Shown: piece by piece, positions 12,421-27,233 of the stretch
Position numbering within the stretch: the first letter of the stretch is position 1
How the letters are laid out: the number at the start of each line of letters is the position of its first letter
Assembly (NCBI GenBank): GCA_964016885.1
Contig: OZ024741.1
Span: forward strand, 1,054,001-1,118,000
DNA: 64,000 nt
Source: Eledone cirrhosa
Taxonomy: Eukaryota
Direction: 5' to 3'
The notes under the pieces: generated by a model
What the model saw: only the letters and a program-made list of their open reading frames with translations
What the model was told of the DNA's origin: nothing
The model's database searches: none
Made by a program: the position numbers and the translations under genes

Positions 12421-15400
12421 TATAACAGGTAATTGTAAGTTCATTATTTTCATCAACGTTTCACTCAAGATTAGCAGTTTGAAATCGTGGTATACATCAA
12501 CAGCTCAGCTTGTATATTTGGGGTCTATATTCTAAGGGGGCTCTTTTATATTAGTTGTAGGAGTTGTAAAAGGGATGGGTTATAGGGAATTAAGAGAATT
12601 TGAAAAGGGCCTAAAAGTTAGGGATTGAAGGTTAAAAATTAAAGAATTTATAAGTTACGCATTAAAAGTAAAAGACTTGGGATCTCTTAAAAGCACCTTA
12701 AAAAATCCCTCAATAAGCGCATAAAGCTTATAAGCCCCAATAAACCTAAAAAACCAGAAGAGATTAAGAGAGTAAAAAAATAAAAAGTTTCCTAAAAAAT
12801 TCATTAAAAAAAAAAAAAAATTTACTAAGGTATTCCCTTAAAAAATTTTAAGAAAATTTACGAAGATTTAATAATCCCTACGAAAGTTCTAAACTCAAAA
12901 ATTAAAAATTAAAAATTTAAAATTAGGGAAAAAAACTTTCAATAAGATTTAAGAGGTTAATAAAGTTTAGGGAATCCATAATATAAAGATTAAGATTTAA
13001 GTTAGGATTTGAAGTTTAAGAGTTCCAAACCCAGAAATTTAAAAATTTAATGAATTTAAGATTAAGCAATCTTATATATCCAAGATTAAAAATTAAAGAT
13101 TAAGAGGTTGAACATTAAATTTAATTTTAAAAATTAAGAAATAAATAGTTGAAAGAAATTAATCAATTAAAGGTTAATTCAAAAAGCCTTCAAAAAATCA
13201 CCCAGAAAAGGCCCCTTTAATATTTTTAATTAAAACCTCTTCCGAAAGACCCTTCAAAGAATTAAAATTTTAGAGAACCTTTAAAAGTATATATAAAAAT
13301 GAATTGAGGAAAATTACAAATTAAAAATTACGGGATTTGGGAGATCCGAGGAATTTCCAAAGGGTTGCTTCAACAGATACAACAACTTAGGTATAATAAA
13401 TAAAGTAATTTAAGTAATCTAATTAAGGAGCAATTCAAAGAGCTTATCAAGTTGGGCTCGAAGATTAAAGAAAATGATAAGTAAGAAAATATATAAGCAA
13501 AAAGACAATAATTATAAAATGTATTTTTAAGAAGGTATTAAATAGCTTCAGTAATCTAATAATGTATTATCAAAAAATTATTAATATAGGATTAACAAAG
13601 ATATAATAATATATTGCTGCCAAATTAACAAACAATCAATAAACAATTAACAGTCAAACAAATTTACTCAGGGATATCCCACACACGGATACTTTACACA
13701 CATACAGCAAGATGAACAATACAGGTGACCTTGTAGGTGCGATATCCATTGTGCGCATGCAATCATCTGCATTGCTCCAGGCACAGTTGGTCTTGTTGAA
13801 AAGTTCCCGGTTCACGAATCAACTGGGATTCGCTATCAGCTGTGTGCACTCTCTGGGAGATGGACCCGCGGATCAAACAGCTAGTGGTCGCAGGGTGTGG
13901 TCCGTTCGATCTTTTCCATGTAGTTTCGGTCGTGCCAGTTATTAAACCATGCGTGGGATCGCACGTGTTTGCGATAGATCAGCCTGCCGGTTCTAAATCC
14001 AAGGTTTTGCTGTATAGGATATATTGGTGTACATGATATATTGGTAAAAAAGTCCAGTATGGACTTGACTGGGGTGGTATATTGCGTCTCTCGCTATTAT
14101 CCCCTCCTCTCACCAATTCCAAGTTCACACGCGACTGGTCAAATGCTAAGGGCTGTCCCCTCTTTGTTTGTTGTAGGGGTCGGTTCTTGCTTAGATGGTG
14201 GTCGTGGGATATCCCTGAGTAAATTTGTTTGACTGTTAATTGTTTATTGATTGTTTGTTAATTTGGCAGGAATATATTATTATATCTTTGTTAATCCTAT
14301 ATTAATAATTTTTTGATAATACATTATTAGATTACTGAAGCTATTTAATACCTTCTTAAAAATACATTTTATAATTATTGTCTTTTTGCTGATATATTTT
14401 CTTACTTATCATTTTCTTTAATCTTCGAGCCCAACTTGATAAGCTCTTTGAATTGTTCCTTAATTAGATTACTTAAATTACTTTATTTATTATACCTAAG
14501 TTGTTGTATCTGTTGAAGCAACCCTTTGGAAATTCCTCGGATCTCCCAAATCCCGTAATTTTTAATTTGTAATTTTCCTCAATTCATTTTTATATATACT
14601 TTTAAAGGTTCTCTAAAATTTTAATTCTTTGAAGGGTCTTTCGGAAGAGGTTTTAATTAAAAATATTAAAGGGGCCTTTTCTGGGTGATTTTTTGAAGGC
14701 TTTTTGAATTAACCTTTAATTGATTAATTTCTTTCAACTATTTATTTCTTAATTTTTAAAATTAAATTTAATGTTCAACCTCTTAATCTTTAATTTTTAA
14801 TCTTGGATATATAAGATTGCTTAATCTTAAATTCATTAAATTTTTAAATTTCTGGGTTTGGAACTCTTAAACTTCAAATTCTAACTTAAATCTTAATCTT
14901 TATATTATGGATTCCCTAAATCATTAACTTTATTAACCTCTTAAATCTTATTGAAAGTTTTTTTCCCTAATTTTAAATTTTTAATTTTTAATTTTTGAGT
15001 TTAGAACTTTCGTAGGGATTATTAAATCTTCGTAAATTTTCTTAAAATTTTTTAAGGGAATACCTTAGAAAATTTTTTTTTCTTTTTAATGAATTTTTTA
15101 GGAAATTTTTAATTTTTTTAGGAAACTTTTTATTTTTTTTACTCTCTTAATCTCTTCTGGTTTTTTAGGTTTATTGGGGCTTATAAGCTTTATGCGCTTA
15201 TTGAGGGATTTTTTAAGGTGCTTTTAAGAGATCCCAAGTCTTTTACTTTTAATGCGTAACTTATAAATTCTTTAATTTTTAACCTTCAATCCCTAACTTT
15301 TAGGCCCTTTTCAAATTCTCTTAATTCCCTATAACCCATCCCTTTTACAACTCCTACAACTAATATAAAAGAGCCCCCTTAGAATATAGACCCCAAATAT

Positions 15401-15493
15401 ACAAGCTGAGCTGTTGATGTATACCACGATTTCAAACTGCTAATCTTGAGTGAAACGTTGATGAAAATAATGAACTTACAATTACCTGTTATA

Positions 15494-15540
15494 TGACTTG
15501 AAAAGTCCCACCATATGGTCGGACGAAACGGCTGTCGGCA
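15494..15540 (+). ncRNA. Hammerhead motif, U3-A8 variant (inverted copy)
   Basis: tgac-TTGAAAA-gtcc..ggac-GAAA-cggctg-TC-ggca. Confidence 0.7.
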
Positions 15541-15662
15541 ATAAACTTGTTATAATGTCATAAAAGTTCCTTTGTTCTTTTTCCTTAATATATATATATA
15601 TATATATATTTAACCCCCAAAACTCTTTCCGAGCAATATAAGGAACACTTGTGATTATTTAT

Positions 15663-15702
15663 GCCCTTGAGAAGCCCAACTGGGCGAAACGTACGTAGGT
15701 GC
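15663..15702 (+). ncRNA. Hammerhead motif, U3-A8 variant, in a ~150-bp solo pLTR fragment (15609-15757)
   Basis: cc-TTGAGAA-gccc-aact-gggc-GAAA-cgtacg-TA-gg; AATAAA downstream; (TA)n on both sides. Confidence 0.75.
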
Positions 15703-15755
15703 TGTTTTAAATAAACATGTTTTAACGGTTATTCTCCGATTTTTTACTTTCCCAC

Positions 15756-15809
<54 letters not shown>

Positions 15810-16784
15810 TCAGGTCGCTCTCGAGTGCTACTGGTAACATGTAATCCAGTACAACCCGTCTCATGGTCCGGTCGTCGTTGACTAACCGGCAACCCCACCA
15901 AGCTTGCTGGTGGTATTTGGACACCCAGCGGGATGAAATTCAAGACCCGGCAAAGGGCGGAGGAACTCAGCAGAGTCAATGGCCATCCAAATAGTATTTT
16001 TTGTTATTATTTTTTTTTTATACGGAGAGGTTAAACTCCGAGGCATAAAAAAACGGAGGGCTGTCGTATTTTCCGTGGCAAACATTTACACCGAGGATAT
16101 GTGTCATCATTTCCAAAAAGTTGTGGTTGGTGCTATACAAACCTTCACCACTTAAAACAAAACTTTGTGTGGGTAGTTCAACCTCAGTTCACTTTCTTAT
16201 ATCAGCTTTTGTTGGACACTGATACGTCGGATATCGACGGGAGAGTCCATCGTATATATATATATCTATCTATCACATCCACTGATATGGATTCTGAACA
16301 CGCGCACACGCTTAGATCCCATTAAGGTCAACATGCAGGAATCGGTGATAAGTTACAAAAGAGTGTGATGATCAATGACCTGGAAGTTGGCTTACCATGA
16401 GATTAGTCCGAAGAATAAAACCAAAATCCTATGTTGAAGAATATTCGTACTCCCGGCATGTTAATTGTAACATGCCATCTTTGAGAGTAGAGTTTATTTT
16501 GTCGATATTTCGAGGTGTCGAATCCTGGGAAGATTAACATGAATTAAGATGTAGCTTCTCCTCCATTACTGACACTTTGCAACAGTGAACGTTACAAGGC
16601 CCTCTTTAGAGCCAACAGTTCTGATGGTTTATCCGACTTATTATGGTGTGTTTTCTCGGGTTATGTCTACTAGAGAGAGAAAACGGGATGGTTTTATTGA
16701 ATTGTTTGAGTGATTCGAAGGGCTTTACAAACGCTGATATAGCTGAACAGTACCTGAATATGTTCACTCGGTTATATGTGACAT

Positions 16785-18000
16785 TGATCTGGAGATGTGA
16801 CCTAATCCAGAAATGTGACATAGATCCATAAATATTCCTTAGATCCAGAAATCAGTTTTAGACCCAGAAATGTGACCAAGAACCAAAGATGTAACCCAGA
16901 TCCAGAGATGTAACGTAGATCTAAAAATATGACTGGGATCCGTGAATGTGACCTAGATCCAGGGATATGACTTACATCCAAAAATGTCATCTAGATTCAG
17001 AGATATGACCTAGATCCAGAAATAAGTCGTAGATACAGAGATGCAACCTAGATACAGAAAGGTGACCTAAATGTAGAAATGTAACATAGATCTAGGAATA
17101 TGAACTAGATACAGAAATCAGTCGTAGATCCAGTGATGCGACCTAGATCCATAAATGTGGCCTAGATCTAGAGGCGTGACCTAAAAGCAGAAATGTGACG
17201 AAGATTGAGAGATATGATCTAGATCCAGAGATGTGACATAGATCCAAAGATGTGATCTAGATGCAGAAATGTGTCCTAGGTTCAGAGATGTGACCTAGAT
17301 CTAGAAAATGTGACATAGATCCTGAAATGTGACATATATCCAGAAATATGACCTAGATACAGAGATGTGACAAAGATCCAAAGATGTAACATAGATTCCA
17401 AAATATGACTTGGATTCTGAGCTGAGACCAAGATCCAGAGATATGGCCTAGATCCACAAATATGACATATATCCAAAAACGTGACATAGTCCCAGAGATG
17501 TGACTGAGATGCAGAAATGTTTCCTTGGTACACAAATGTGTCCTAGATGAAGAAATATGACCTAGCTCCAAAATCAGATGTGACTTAGACTCAGAAATGT
17601 GACCTAGATCCATACATGCATCGATAGATTTGTCATAGATCCAGAGATACGACCCAGATTTAGAAATGTGACATGGAACATGAAATATGATCTAGATCCA
17701 TAATTAATACCTAGATCCACAAATGTGACCTAGAGGAAGAGATGTGACCAACATCCAGACATGTGACTAAGATCCCTATGTGTGACCTACATCCAGAGAT
17801 ATGACCTAGAACCAGAGATGTGACTTAGATCCAGAGGTGTCATCCAGATCCAGAGATGCGACCTAGATCCTAAGCTGTGACATAGATTTAGTGGTGTGAC
17901 GTGGATCCAGAGATGTGGTCTAGATCCAGAAATATGACCGAGATCCAGATATCTGACCTCGTTTCAAAGATGTGACCTAGATCCAGAAATGTGACCTTGA
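16785..18000. repeat. 19-bp minisatellite, consensus ~TAGATCCAGA(A/G)ATGTGACC
   Basis: Roughly 60 diverged tandem units; period 19 read at 17221/17240. Confidence 0.95.
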
Positions 18001-18085
18001 TGGAATCTGCATGTAGGTCGGTTTCCTCGTCTCCATATTCTCATGAGAACACATTGAGGTTTAAGCTGTAGTATTAGCAGGAGCT

Positions 18086-18132
18086 TACTACCACTACTAC
18101 TTTTACTACTACCACTACTACTACCACTACTC

Positions 18133-18198
<66 letters not shown>

Positions 18199-18285
18199 AT
18201 ACTACTACTACTACTACACTACTACTTTTACTACTACCACTACTACGACCACTACTACTAATACTACTACTACTACCACCACCAA

Positions 18286-18356
<71 letters not shown>

Positions 18357-18391
18357 TTGCTGCTGCTGCTACTACTACCACTACTACTACT
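18086..18391. repeat. (ACT)n microsatellite
   Basis: Direct reading. Confidence 0.97.
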
Positions 18392-18559
18392 GAGACAGTA
18401 GTATCAAAGCTACAGACATCTAGAAGCTATACATTAGGTTCGATATATGGAAATCCTATGTGACAGATCCCAGAACCAGTTGATGGCCATAACATTGGTC
18501 AGTGTCAGTTGATCTGTTCTCTGTTAATCCTGCACAAATAAAAATTGTACAGTTGAGAT

Positions 18560-18603
18560 GAGAGAGTGAGAGCGAGCGAGCGAGCGAGCGAGAGAGAGTG
18601 AGA

Positions 18604-18681
<78 letters not shown>

Positions 18682-18925
18682 ACGGGAGAGAGAGAGAGAG
18701 GGGGAGAAAGAGAGAGAAAGTGTGTTTGTGTGAGAGAGTGAAAGAGACAGACAGAGATAGAGACAGATGCAGAGAGAAAGAGAGAGGGTGTATGAGAGAG
18801 AGAGTGTGTGTATATGTGAAAGAGAGAGGGATAAAGTGTGCCTGTGAGAGAGAAAGAGTGTGTGCGTGTGTGCGAAAGAGAGAAAGAGAGTTGGAGAGAT
18901 AGAGAGTGAGAGAGAGAGAGAGTTG
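18560..18925. repeat. (AG)n compound microsatellite
   Basis: Direct reading. Confidence 0.95.
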
Positions 18926-19186
18926 AGATGATAAAGGTTAAAAAGGTAGGAAAGAAAGCTTAGCAACACTCCAGACTAACATAATGAAATTTTATTGTCT
19001 CTTTTTCAACTTGATCTGGTGTCGTATCTTAAATTAATCTGGTATTGCCTCACAACTTGATATGGTATCGTATCTTAACTTGATCTGGTATCACATCTTG
19101 GACAAAATAGTAACAACTGATGAGGGCACCAACCATCACCGCTACCATCGCGACTATTATTTCCATTACCATCACCACTACCATCC

Positions 19187-19187
<1 letters not shown>

Positions 19188-19228
<41 letters not shown>

Positions 19229-19240
19229 TGTGTGTGTGTA

Positions 19241-19320
<80 letters not shown>
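19188..19320. repeat. (GT)n microsatellite
   Basis: Direct reading. Confidence 0.97.
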
Positions 19321-19321
<1 letters not shown>

Positions 19322-19407
19322 ATATGAATGGATGTATCTTCAGAGTAATTTCAATATTGTGATGGTATTTTATAAATCTATTACAAGTGGCTTAAGTAAA
19401 TTGGGAA

Positions 19408-19480
<73 letters not shown>

Positions 19481-19485
<5 letters not shown>

Positions 19486-19914
19486 TGGTAAACGGAATAG
19501 AAAATGCTGACAAATTGTTCACAGTTGAAAAGTGGTTTAATTAGGAATAAAAGAGTATTAGTGATTGTATGGGTTAGTATTCAGTTGTGGTTTTAAGTTT
19601 TTAAGTTTTTACCGGTTGAGCATTTCTAAATGCTTTTCAAAAATAATTTTGAGATGGAGTGTCCGTGGTGTTTGCTCTGATCTGAGCAAACAGCACGGAC
19701 ACTCTATCTCAAAATTATTTTTGAAAAGCATTTAGAAATGCGCAACCGGTAAAAACTTAAAAACTTAAAACCACAACTGAATACTAACCCATACAATCAC
19801 TAATACTCTTTTATTCCTAATTAAACCATTTTTCAACTGTGAACAATTTGTCAGCATTTTCTATTCCGTTTACCAATATATAATAACTTGTGTGTTACAC
19901 CTCTATTCTTTTAA

Positions 19915-19918
<4 letters not shown>
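19481..19918. mobile_element. Fold-back (palindromic) PLE pLTR element, ~200-bp arms, same family as 30258-33990
   Basis: 19481-19676 is the reverse complement of ~19684-19880; GCAA-variant HHR motif at 19718-19754 (+); in (TA)n. Confidence 0.85.
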
Positions 19919-19986
<68 letters not shown>

Positions 19987-19987
19987 A

Positions 19988-20144
19988 AGGCGGGTAAAAT
20001 TCCCGAGATCCATGGACGAGTTCTCTCCAGCGGTCTCTGTCCCTCATTATCGCTGCCATATCCTGCATCTCCAACAGACCAGTGTCTGTCCTTAGGGCAT
20101 CAACATATGTTAACCTTGGTCTTCCTCTTCTAGTGTGTCCATGT
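19988..20144 (-). mobile_element. RTE-clade LINE 3' fragment
   Basis: Homologous to 36985-37130. Confidence 0.75.
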
Positions 20145-20265
20145 ATATATATATATATATATATAAGTATATATATAAATATAAGTATATATATATATAT
20201 ATATATATAAGTATATATGGAGAAGAAGTTTATGAAATGGAAATGCGGGTATACAGAATTTATTA

Positions 20266-20380
20266 GGTAACAATTGTTTCTATAGTGTATGGGTTACCTA
20301 TACCTCGCTATTTGAATAATATAAAAATATTATCATAAACCGAAGGTACACTGTAAGCAAACACACCATGTCGTCAGACC
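20266..20380 (-). ncRNA. Hammerhead motif with extended stem II
   Basis: Minus strand: ggt-CTGACGA-catggtgtg...atacactata-GAAA-caattg-TT-acc-taataaa. Confidence 0.65.
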
Positions 20381-20790
20381 TTTGTATTGGAATGATATGA
20401 AAATATTTTATACACTAGATAAAAGAGAAAGAAGGAGGTAGGAAGAGAAGGGGAAGAGGGAAGTGAGTAAGGTGGAGGGAGTCCTAGGATTTAATACTGT
20501 CAGACTAGTAGAGATTGTAAGGAGAGAATGTTTTGGCAGCAGTTAGCTTAATGAGGCGTGTTAGGGTTGGCGGGGGAGCTAAATTCTTCTAGTGGTGTTG
20601 TTCGGACAAAATTTAGTTAAAGGGGTCAAAGTGGTACAGAGTCACAGACAAGTTATTGGGGCTATTATAGTAGCAGGTTATTTCTAAAGGGGTCCAAAAA
20701 CAGTGTTTAGTACTATTATTATAGAAAACCATATCTTGTGTATAAACATATAAAACAGAAATTTGCAAACGGTGGTGTAAAAAGGTAACA

Positions 20791-22122
20791 TTATATGCAT
20801 TTAAAAAAAGAAAAAGTCGTTTTCAAACGATGGTTACAGTATAGAGAACGTTCAATTTTGCTGTTCAAAAGTTTGTTTACCGACGTTAAAATGCAGTATA
20901 TCTCCAAATTGCATAACTTGCAGAATCGATGATTTTGCTTATATGCTGGCGCAGCTGCAATAATTTGCCAATCAAGGGAGAATGCTTGATTGTTCCTCCG
21001 GAGCTGCCAGGCTTTATCGGCGAGGGTTGTTACGGAGCGCATTTTCTCGTGCCTGATCGAAGATCGATGTTGGTATAGGTGAGCCTTGAAAGAAGTTGCG
21101 GTACATCCGACGTAATACCATTTGTTGGTTCCGGAATTTATTGTACATCGGTAGACAATATTGCGTGCTAGGCACTGGTTATTCAGTGGGCACGTACCTG
21201 GTTTGGTGCAGTTACAATTATTTTTATGTTTTGCAGTAGAATCCTGGATAGTTTGGTGGGGTTGTAGTTGCGTGTTAGTGAGTTGTATGTTGCTATGCTG
21301 GTGCGCTGAGTCATTAGGGATGTACTTATTTAGTATTGCTGAGTTGAGTTTTTTAATTAGTTGTTCTATGTTAGGTGCAGTGGAGTATGAGAGTCTAATA
21401 GTGCGCGAGTTAAAGATGTTATAGTATTTATGTGAAGTTGTAAAGTGTTTATTGATTAGTGTATAGAATTGTGAGATAATCTTAGTGCTAATAGAAGAAT
21501 TGTACACGGGGTTATACCATATGTACTCTCTACGTCTGACTCTATTTGCTGGTTTGCACCTATTAGTATGCCTATTGATGTGTGTGTGTGGTGCAATACT
21601 AGTTCGACTTAGATGTGTTTTATTCATAGTACTTATGTGGTTATCGTCTAGATATTCTATTTTCTCGCAGTAACCAGCTTTTCTAAGTGCGTCATTATAA
21701 TATTCAGCATGCTCGTTGAAGGTCTGCAAATTAGACGACAGTCGGGAGATCCTTATGGATATATTTTTAGGGATAGATTTAATAATGGAATGGGGATGGT
21801 TCGATTTTATATTAACGTACTTGAGATTTTCATTAAGTTTGTGAAATGGCTCTATACTACCGTTATTAAGGTTGAAGGTGACATCCAAGAAGTTGACCAC
21901 CTTAAGATTGTGTTCGAAGGTAATATTAAGCCCTAGTTCTAAGAAAAGTTTCCTAATGTTTTTACGTCGCCTTTCTAGGTTTTGTTTGTTCATATTCTTG
22001 ACTAACAGAAGTGTATCGTCGCGGTATATTCCGCCGTGGAGGTCCGTAAATTCGCTCTGGAGTCTATGGGCTATATAGATCCCAACCAGATCCGTGACCT
22101 CCGCCGAATCATTAGAACCCAT
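20791..22122 (-). CDS. PLE reverse transcriptase C-terminal part and GIY-YIG endonuclease
   Basis: [49 protein letters not shown]. Confidence 0.92.
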   Translation of the reverse strand: MGSNDSAEVTDLVGIYIAHRLQSEFTDLHGGIYRDDTLLLVKNMNKQNLERRRKNIRKLFLELGLNITFEHNLKVVNFLDVTFNLNNGSIEPFHKLNENLKYVNIKSNHPHSIIKSIPKNISIRISRLSSNLQTFNEHAEYYNDALRKAGYCEKIEYLDDNHISTMNKTHLSRTSIAPHTHINRHTNRCKPANRVRRREYIWYNPVYNSSISTKIISQFYTLINKHFTTSHKYYNIFNSRTIRLSYSTAPNIEQLIKKLNSAILNKYIPNDSAHQHSNIQLTNTQLQPHQTIQDSTAKHKNNCNCTKPGTCPLNNQCLARNIVYRCTINSGTNKWYYVGCTATSFKAHLYQHRSSIRHEKMRSVTTLADKAWQLRRNNQAFSLDWQIIAAAPAYKQNHRFCKLCNLEIYCILTSVNKLLNSKIERSLYCNHRLKTTFSFFKCI

Positions 22123-22156
22123 CGTAATGCCGAATTCCGAGGGTCTATATATATAA

Positions 22157-24415
<2,259 letters not shown>

Positions 24416-24507
24416 ATATATATATATATACTTCCCAATTTACTTAAGCCACTTGTAATAGATTTATAAAATACCATCACAATATTGAAATTACTCTGAA
24501 GATATAA

Positions 24508-24558
<51 letters not shown>

Positions 24559-25189
24559 TATATATATATATATATTAGAAACTGAGGTTTTTTTACAAAA
24601 TGAAAAATTACCGAGGTGTCCTACACGAGTGAAAGTATAAAGAAAAAAAGATGAAATCGAAAATGCAACTGGAGTCTTATTTAAAAAAAATATATATATA
24701 TTTATTTGGTTCCTTTACCCGATTCGCAGTTCTTCTGCTTTTAAAAAGTAGAGTTGAGATGGAGGGTCTGTGGTTTTTCTCACATCTGGTTGGTCTCTGA
24801 ATGTTACTTGTTTTATATGGAAAAAGTGGCTCGAAATGCCAGGTTTTTCGAGAAGTAATTTGATTGGTTGGTCAATAATTATAATAAATTTCGCGCCAGT
24901 TCGCGTTACAAAGTTCTTCAAACAAGGGGGGGGGGGTGTCACAGGTTATTTTTTCATATATGAGTGTTTGAATTTCTTTTTACTTAAAAAAAAAGGGGGC
25001 TCACGAAGGCTTTTTTTAAATAAACGTAATTTGATTGGTTATAAATGAAATTATGGCTGTCACGTGAATGAACAAGTTTTCATTAAATAAAAAACTATAA
25101 AAAAGCAAATACCACCGCACTGACATCCCTGAACAACATATCATGTGATATAGTAAAAGAACATCCCACTACTAAAACAAAACCCAAGA

Positions 25190-25705
25190 ATGAAAAAACC
25201 CCTTGAAACACACAAAATAATCAAAAGCAAAAGACAACCGAAATCACTGAAAACATTACTCACCAATGCCAAATTACCTACCACAAACCCACAACCAACT
25301 GTCAAAAAATGTGGTCGCTCTAATTGTGGAACCTGCACTCACTTCATTGAAGGCAACACGTATACATTTAAATCAGGACAACATTTTACTGTAAAAAATC
25401 ACTTCACTTGCTCATCAAAAAATCTAATTTATGCCATTAAATGTAAAGGATACAATGAAGATTATATAGGACAAACTAAACTCACACTCAGAAACAGAAT
25501 GACTGTTCATCGCCAACAATTACGAGATCCAACCACGAGACAGATACCTCTAAGCGCACATCTAGACATATGCGCAAGTAATAAGACACCCAAATTCCAA
25601 GTCTTCCCATTTTACCTTTGCGCTAACAATACAACAGAACAAATACGAATAAATAAGGAAAATATGTTTATTCAAAAATATAGACCAGCATTAAATATGG
25701 TTTAA
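25190..25705 (+). CDS. PLE zinc-finger linker and GIY-YIG endonuclease fragment
   Basis: CGRSNCGTC, NLIYAIKC..YIGQT..LRNRM..H. Confidence 0.9.
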   Translation: MKKPLETHKIIKSKRQPKSLKTLLTNAKLPTTNPQPTVKKCGRSNCGTCTHFIEGNTYTFKSGQHFTVKNHFTCSSKNLIYAIKCKGYNEDYIGQTKLTLRNRMTVHRQQLRDPTTRQIPLSAHLDICASNKTPKFQVFPFYLCANNTTEQIRINKENMFIQKYRPALNMV

Positions 25706-27083
25706 TATACATTATGTCAACACCATAACATGCTAACCATCCAAACAGACACATACACACACACATAACACCTTCTAATTTAGAAAATAAAAACCCGAAC
25801 TAAGTAAACCTTAACATACGTTTGCACTGTCAATACAACAGAACAAATACGAATAAGTAAGGAAAATATGTTCATTCAAAAATATTCCTACTAAAGGAAT
25901 CATTTTCCTACACACACACACACCCACAATATATATATATATATTCTCTTCATCTTAACATGCTAACCATACTCCCACACACATAACACTCATACACACA
26001 CATAATAACCCCCACCCCCACACACAACACCCTCCCCCATTTCTACTAATAGAATCACTTTCCTACACACATATATACACACACACAAAATATATATAAA
26101 CTCTCCATCTCAACATACTCCCCCCCCCCCACACGCACACACATAACACCCATATACACACATACAACTCCCTCCCCCATTTCTACTAATAGAATCATCT
26201 TCCAATACACACACACACACAAGCACACACATAAACATACACATCTTTACTTTCTTTACTTCAATAGAAAATCTGAATTCTGACACCCCAGCGAACTAAC
26301 CATATTCACTGAACCAGAACAATTCTCCCATCCAATTTCACCTTGACCATTATCTTTTGCTTGTCAAAAAATTCTCTAAAAAGGCTACAGAATAGATTTG
26401 CAAATGAGGGCGCGAAAATTTAATGAAAACTTGTTCACATGACAGCCATAATTTCATTTATAACCAATCAAATTACGTTTATTAAAAAAAGCCTTCGTGA
26501 GCCCCCTCCTTTTTTTTAAGTAAAAATAATTTCAAACACACACACACACACACACAAGCACACAAATAAACATACATATCTTTACTTTCTTTATTCAATA
26601 GAAAATCTGAATTCTGACACCCCAGCGAACTAACCATATTCACTGAACCAGAACAATTCTCCCATCCAATTTCTCTTGACCATTATCTTTTGCTTGTCAT
26701 AAAATTCTCTAAAAAGGCTACAGAATAGATTTCCAAATAAGGGCGCGAAAATTTAATGAAAACTTGTTCACGTGACAGCCATAATTTCATTTATAACCAA
26801 TCAAATTACGTTTATTTAAAAAAAGCCTTCGTGAGCCCCCTTTTTTTTAAGTAAAAAGAAATTCAAACACTCATATATGAAAAAACAACCTGTGACCCCC
26901 CCCCCCTTGTTTGAAGAACTTTGTAACGCGAACTGGCGCGAAATTTATTATAATTATTGACCAACCAATCAAATTACTTCTCGAAAAACCTGGCATTTCG
27001 AGCCACTTTTTCCATATAAAACAAGTAACATTAAGGGACCAACCAGATGTGAGAAAAACCACAGACCCTCCATCTCAACTCTA

Positions 27084-27119
27084 CTTTTGAAAAGCAGAAG
27101 AACTGCGAAACGGGTAAAG
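27084..27119 (+). ncRNA. Hammerhead motif, U3-A8 variant (copies at ~24713-24748 and 34719-34754, minus)
   Basis: ctt-TTGAAAA-gcag-aagaa-ctgc-GAAA-cggg-TA-aag; the 34719 copy has palindromic ACCGGT. Confidence 0.72.
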
Positions 27120-27187
27120 GAACCAAATAAATATATATATATTTTTTTTAAATAAGACTCCAGTTGCATTTTCGATTTCATCTTTTT

Positions 27188-27230
<43 letters not shown>

Positions 27231-27233
<3 letters not shown>

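Larger units (their letters stand above)
12220..15590 (-). mobile_element. Penelope-like element remnant with ~1.36-kb inverted arms (12322-13682 / 14204-15590)
   Basis: Arms are near-perfect reverse complements, each carrying an HHR motif; bounded by (TA)n; no RT coding recognised. Confidence 0.7.
20218..22146 (-). mobile_element. 5'-truncated Penelope-like element (Nematis-like)
   Basis: RT/GIY-YIG ORF plus 3' pLTR with HHR; flanked by (TA)n. Confidence 0.9.
24573..27191 (+). mobile_element. 5'-truncated Neptune-like PLE with inverted pLTRs (~24640-25085 / 26750-27191)
   Basis: GIY-YIG ORF, reverse-complement arms, HHR 27084-27119, internal ~330-bp direct duplication (26205-26870). Confidence 0.9.

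Noticed and set aside
12322-15590. DNA transposon (Foldback or Polinton) with long TIRs
   Set aside because: No transposase or TSD; HHR plus polyA signal and asymmetric arm ends fit PLE pLTRs better
16785-18000. CRISPR-like array
   Set aside because: Contiguous 19-bp units with no unique spacers, no cas genes, eukaryotic context
16100-18540. Host exons on the minus strand near 16600-16755, 18000-18066 and 18450-18530
   Set aside because: Plausible acceptors but early stops or no recognisable protein; insufficient support
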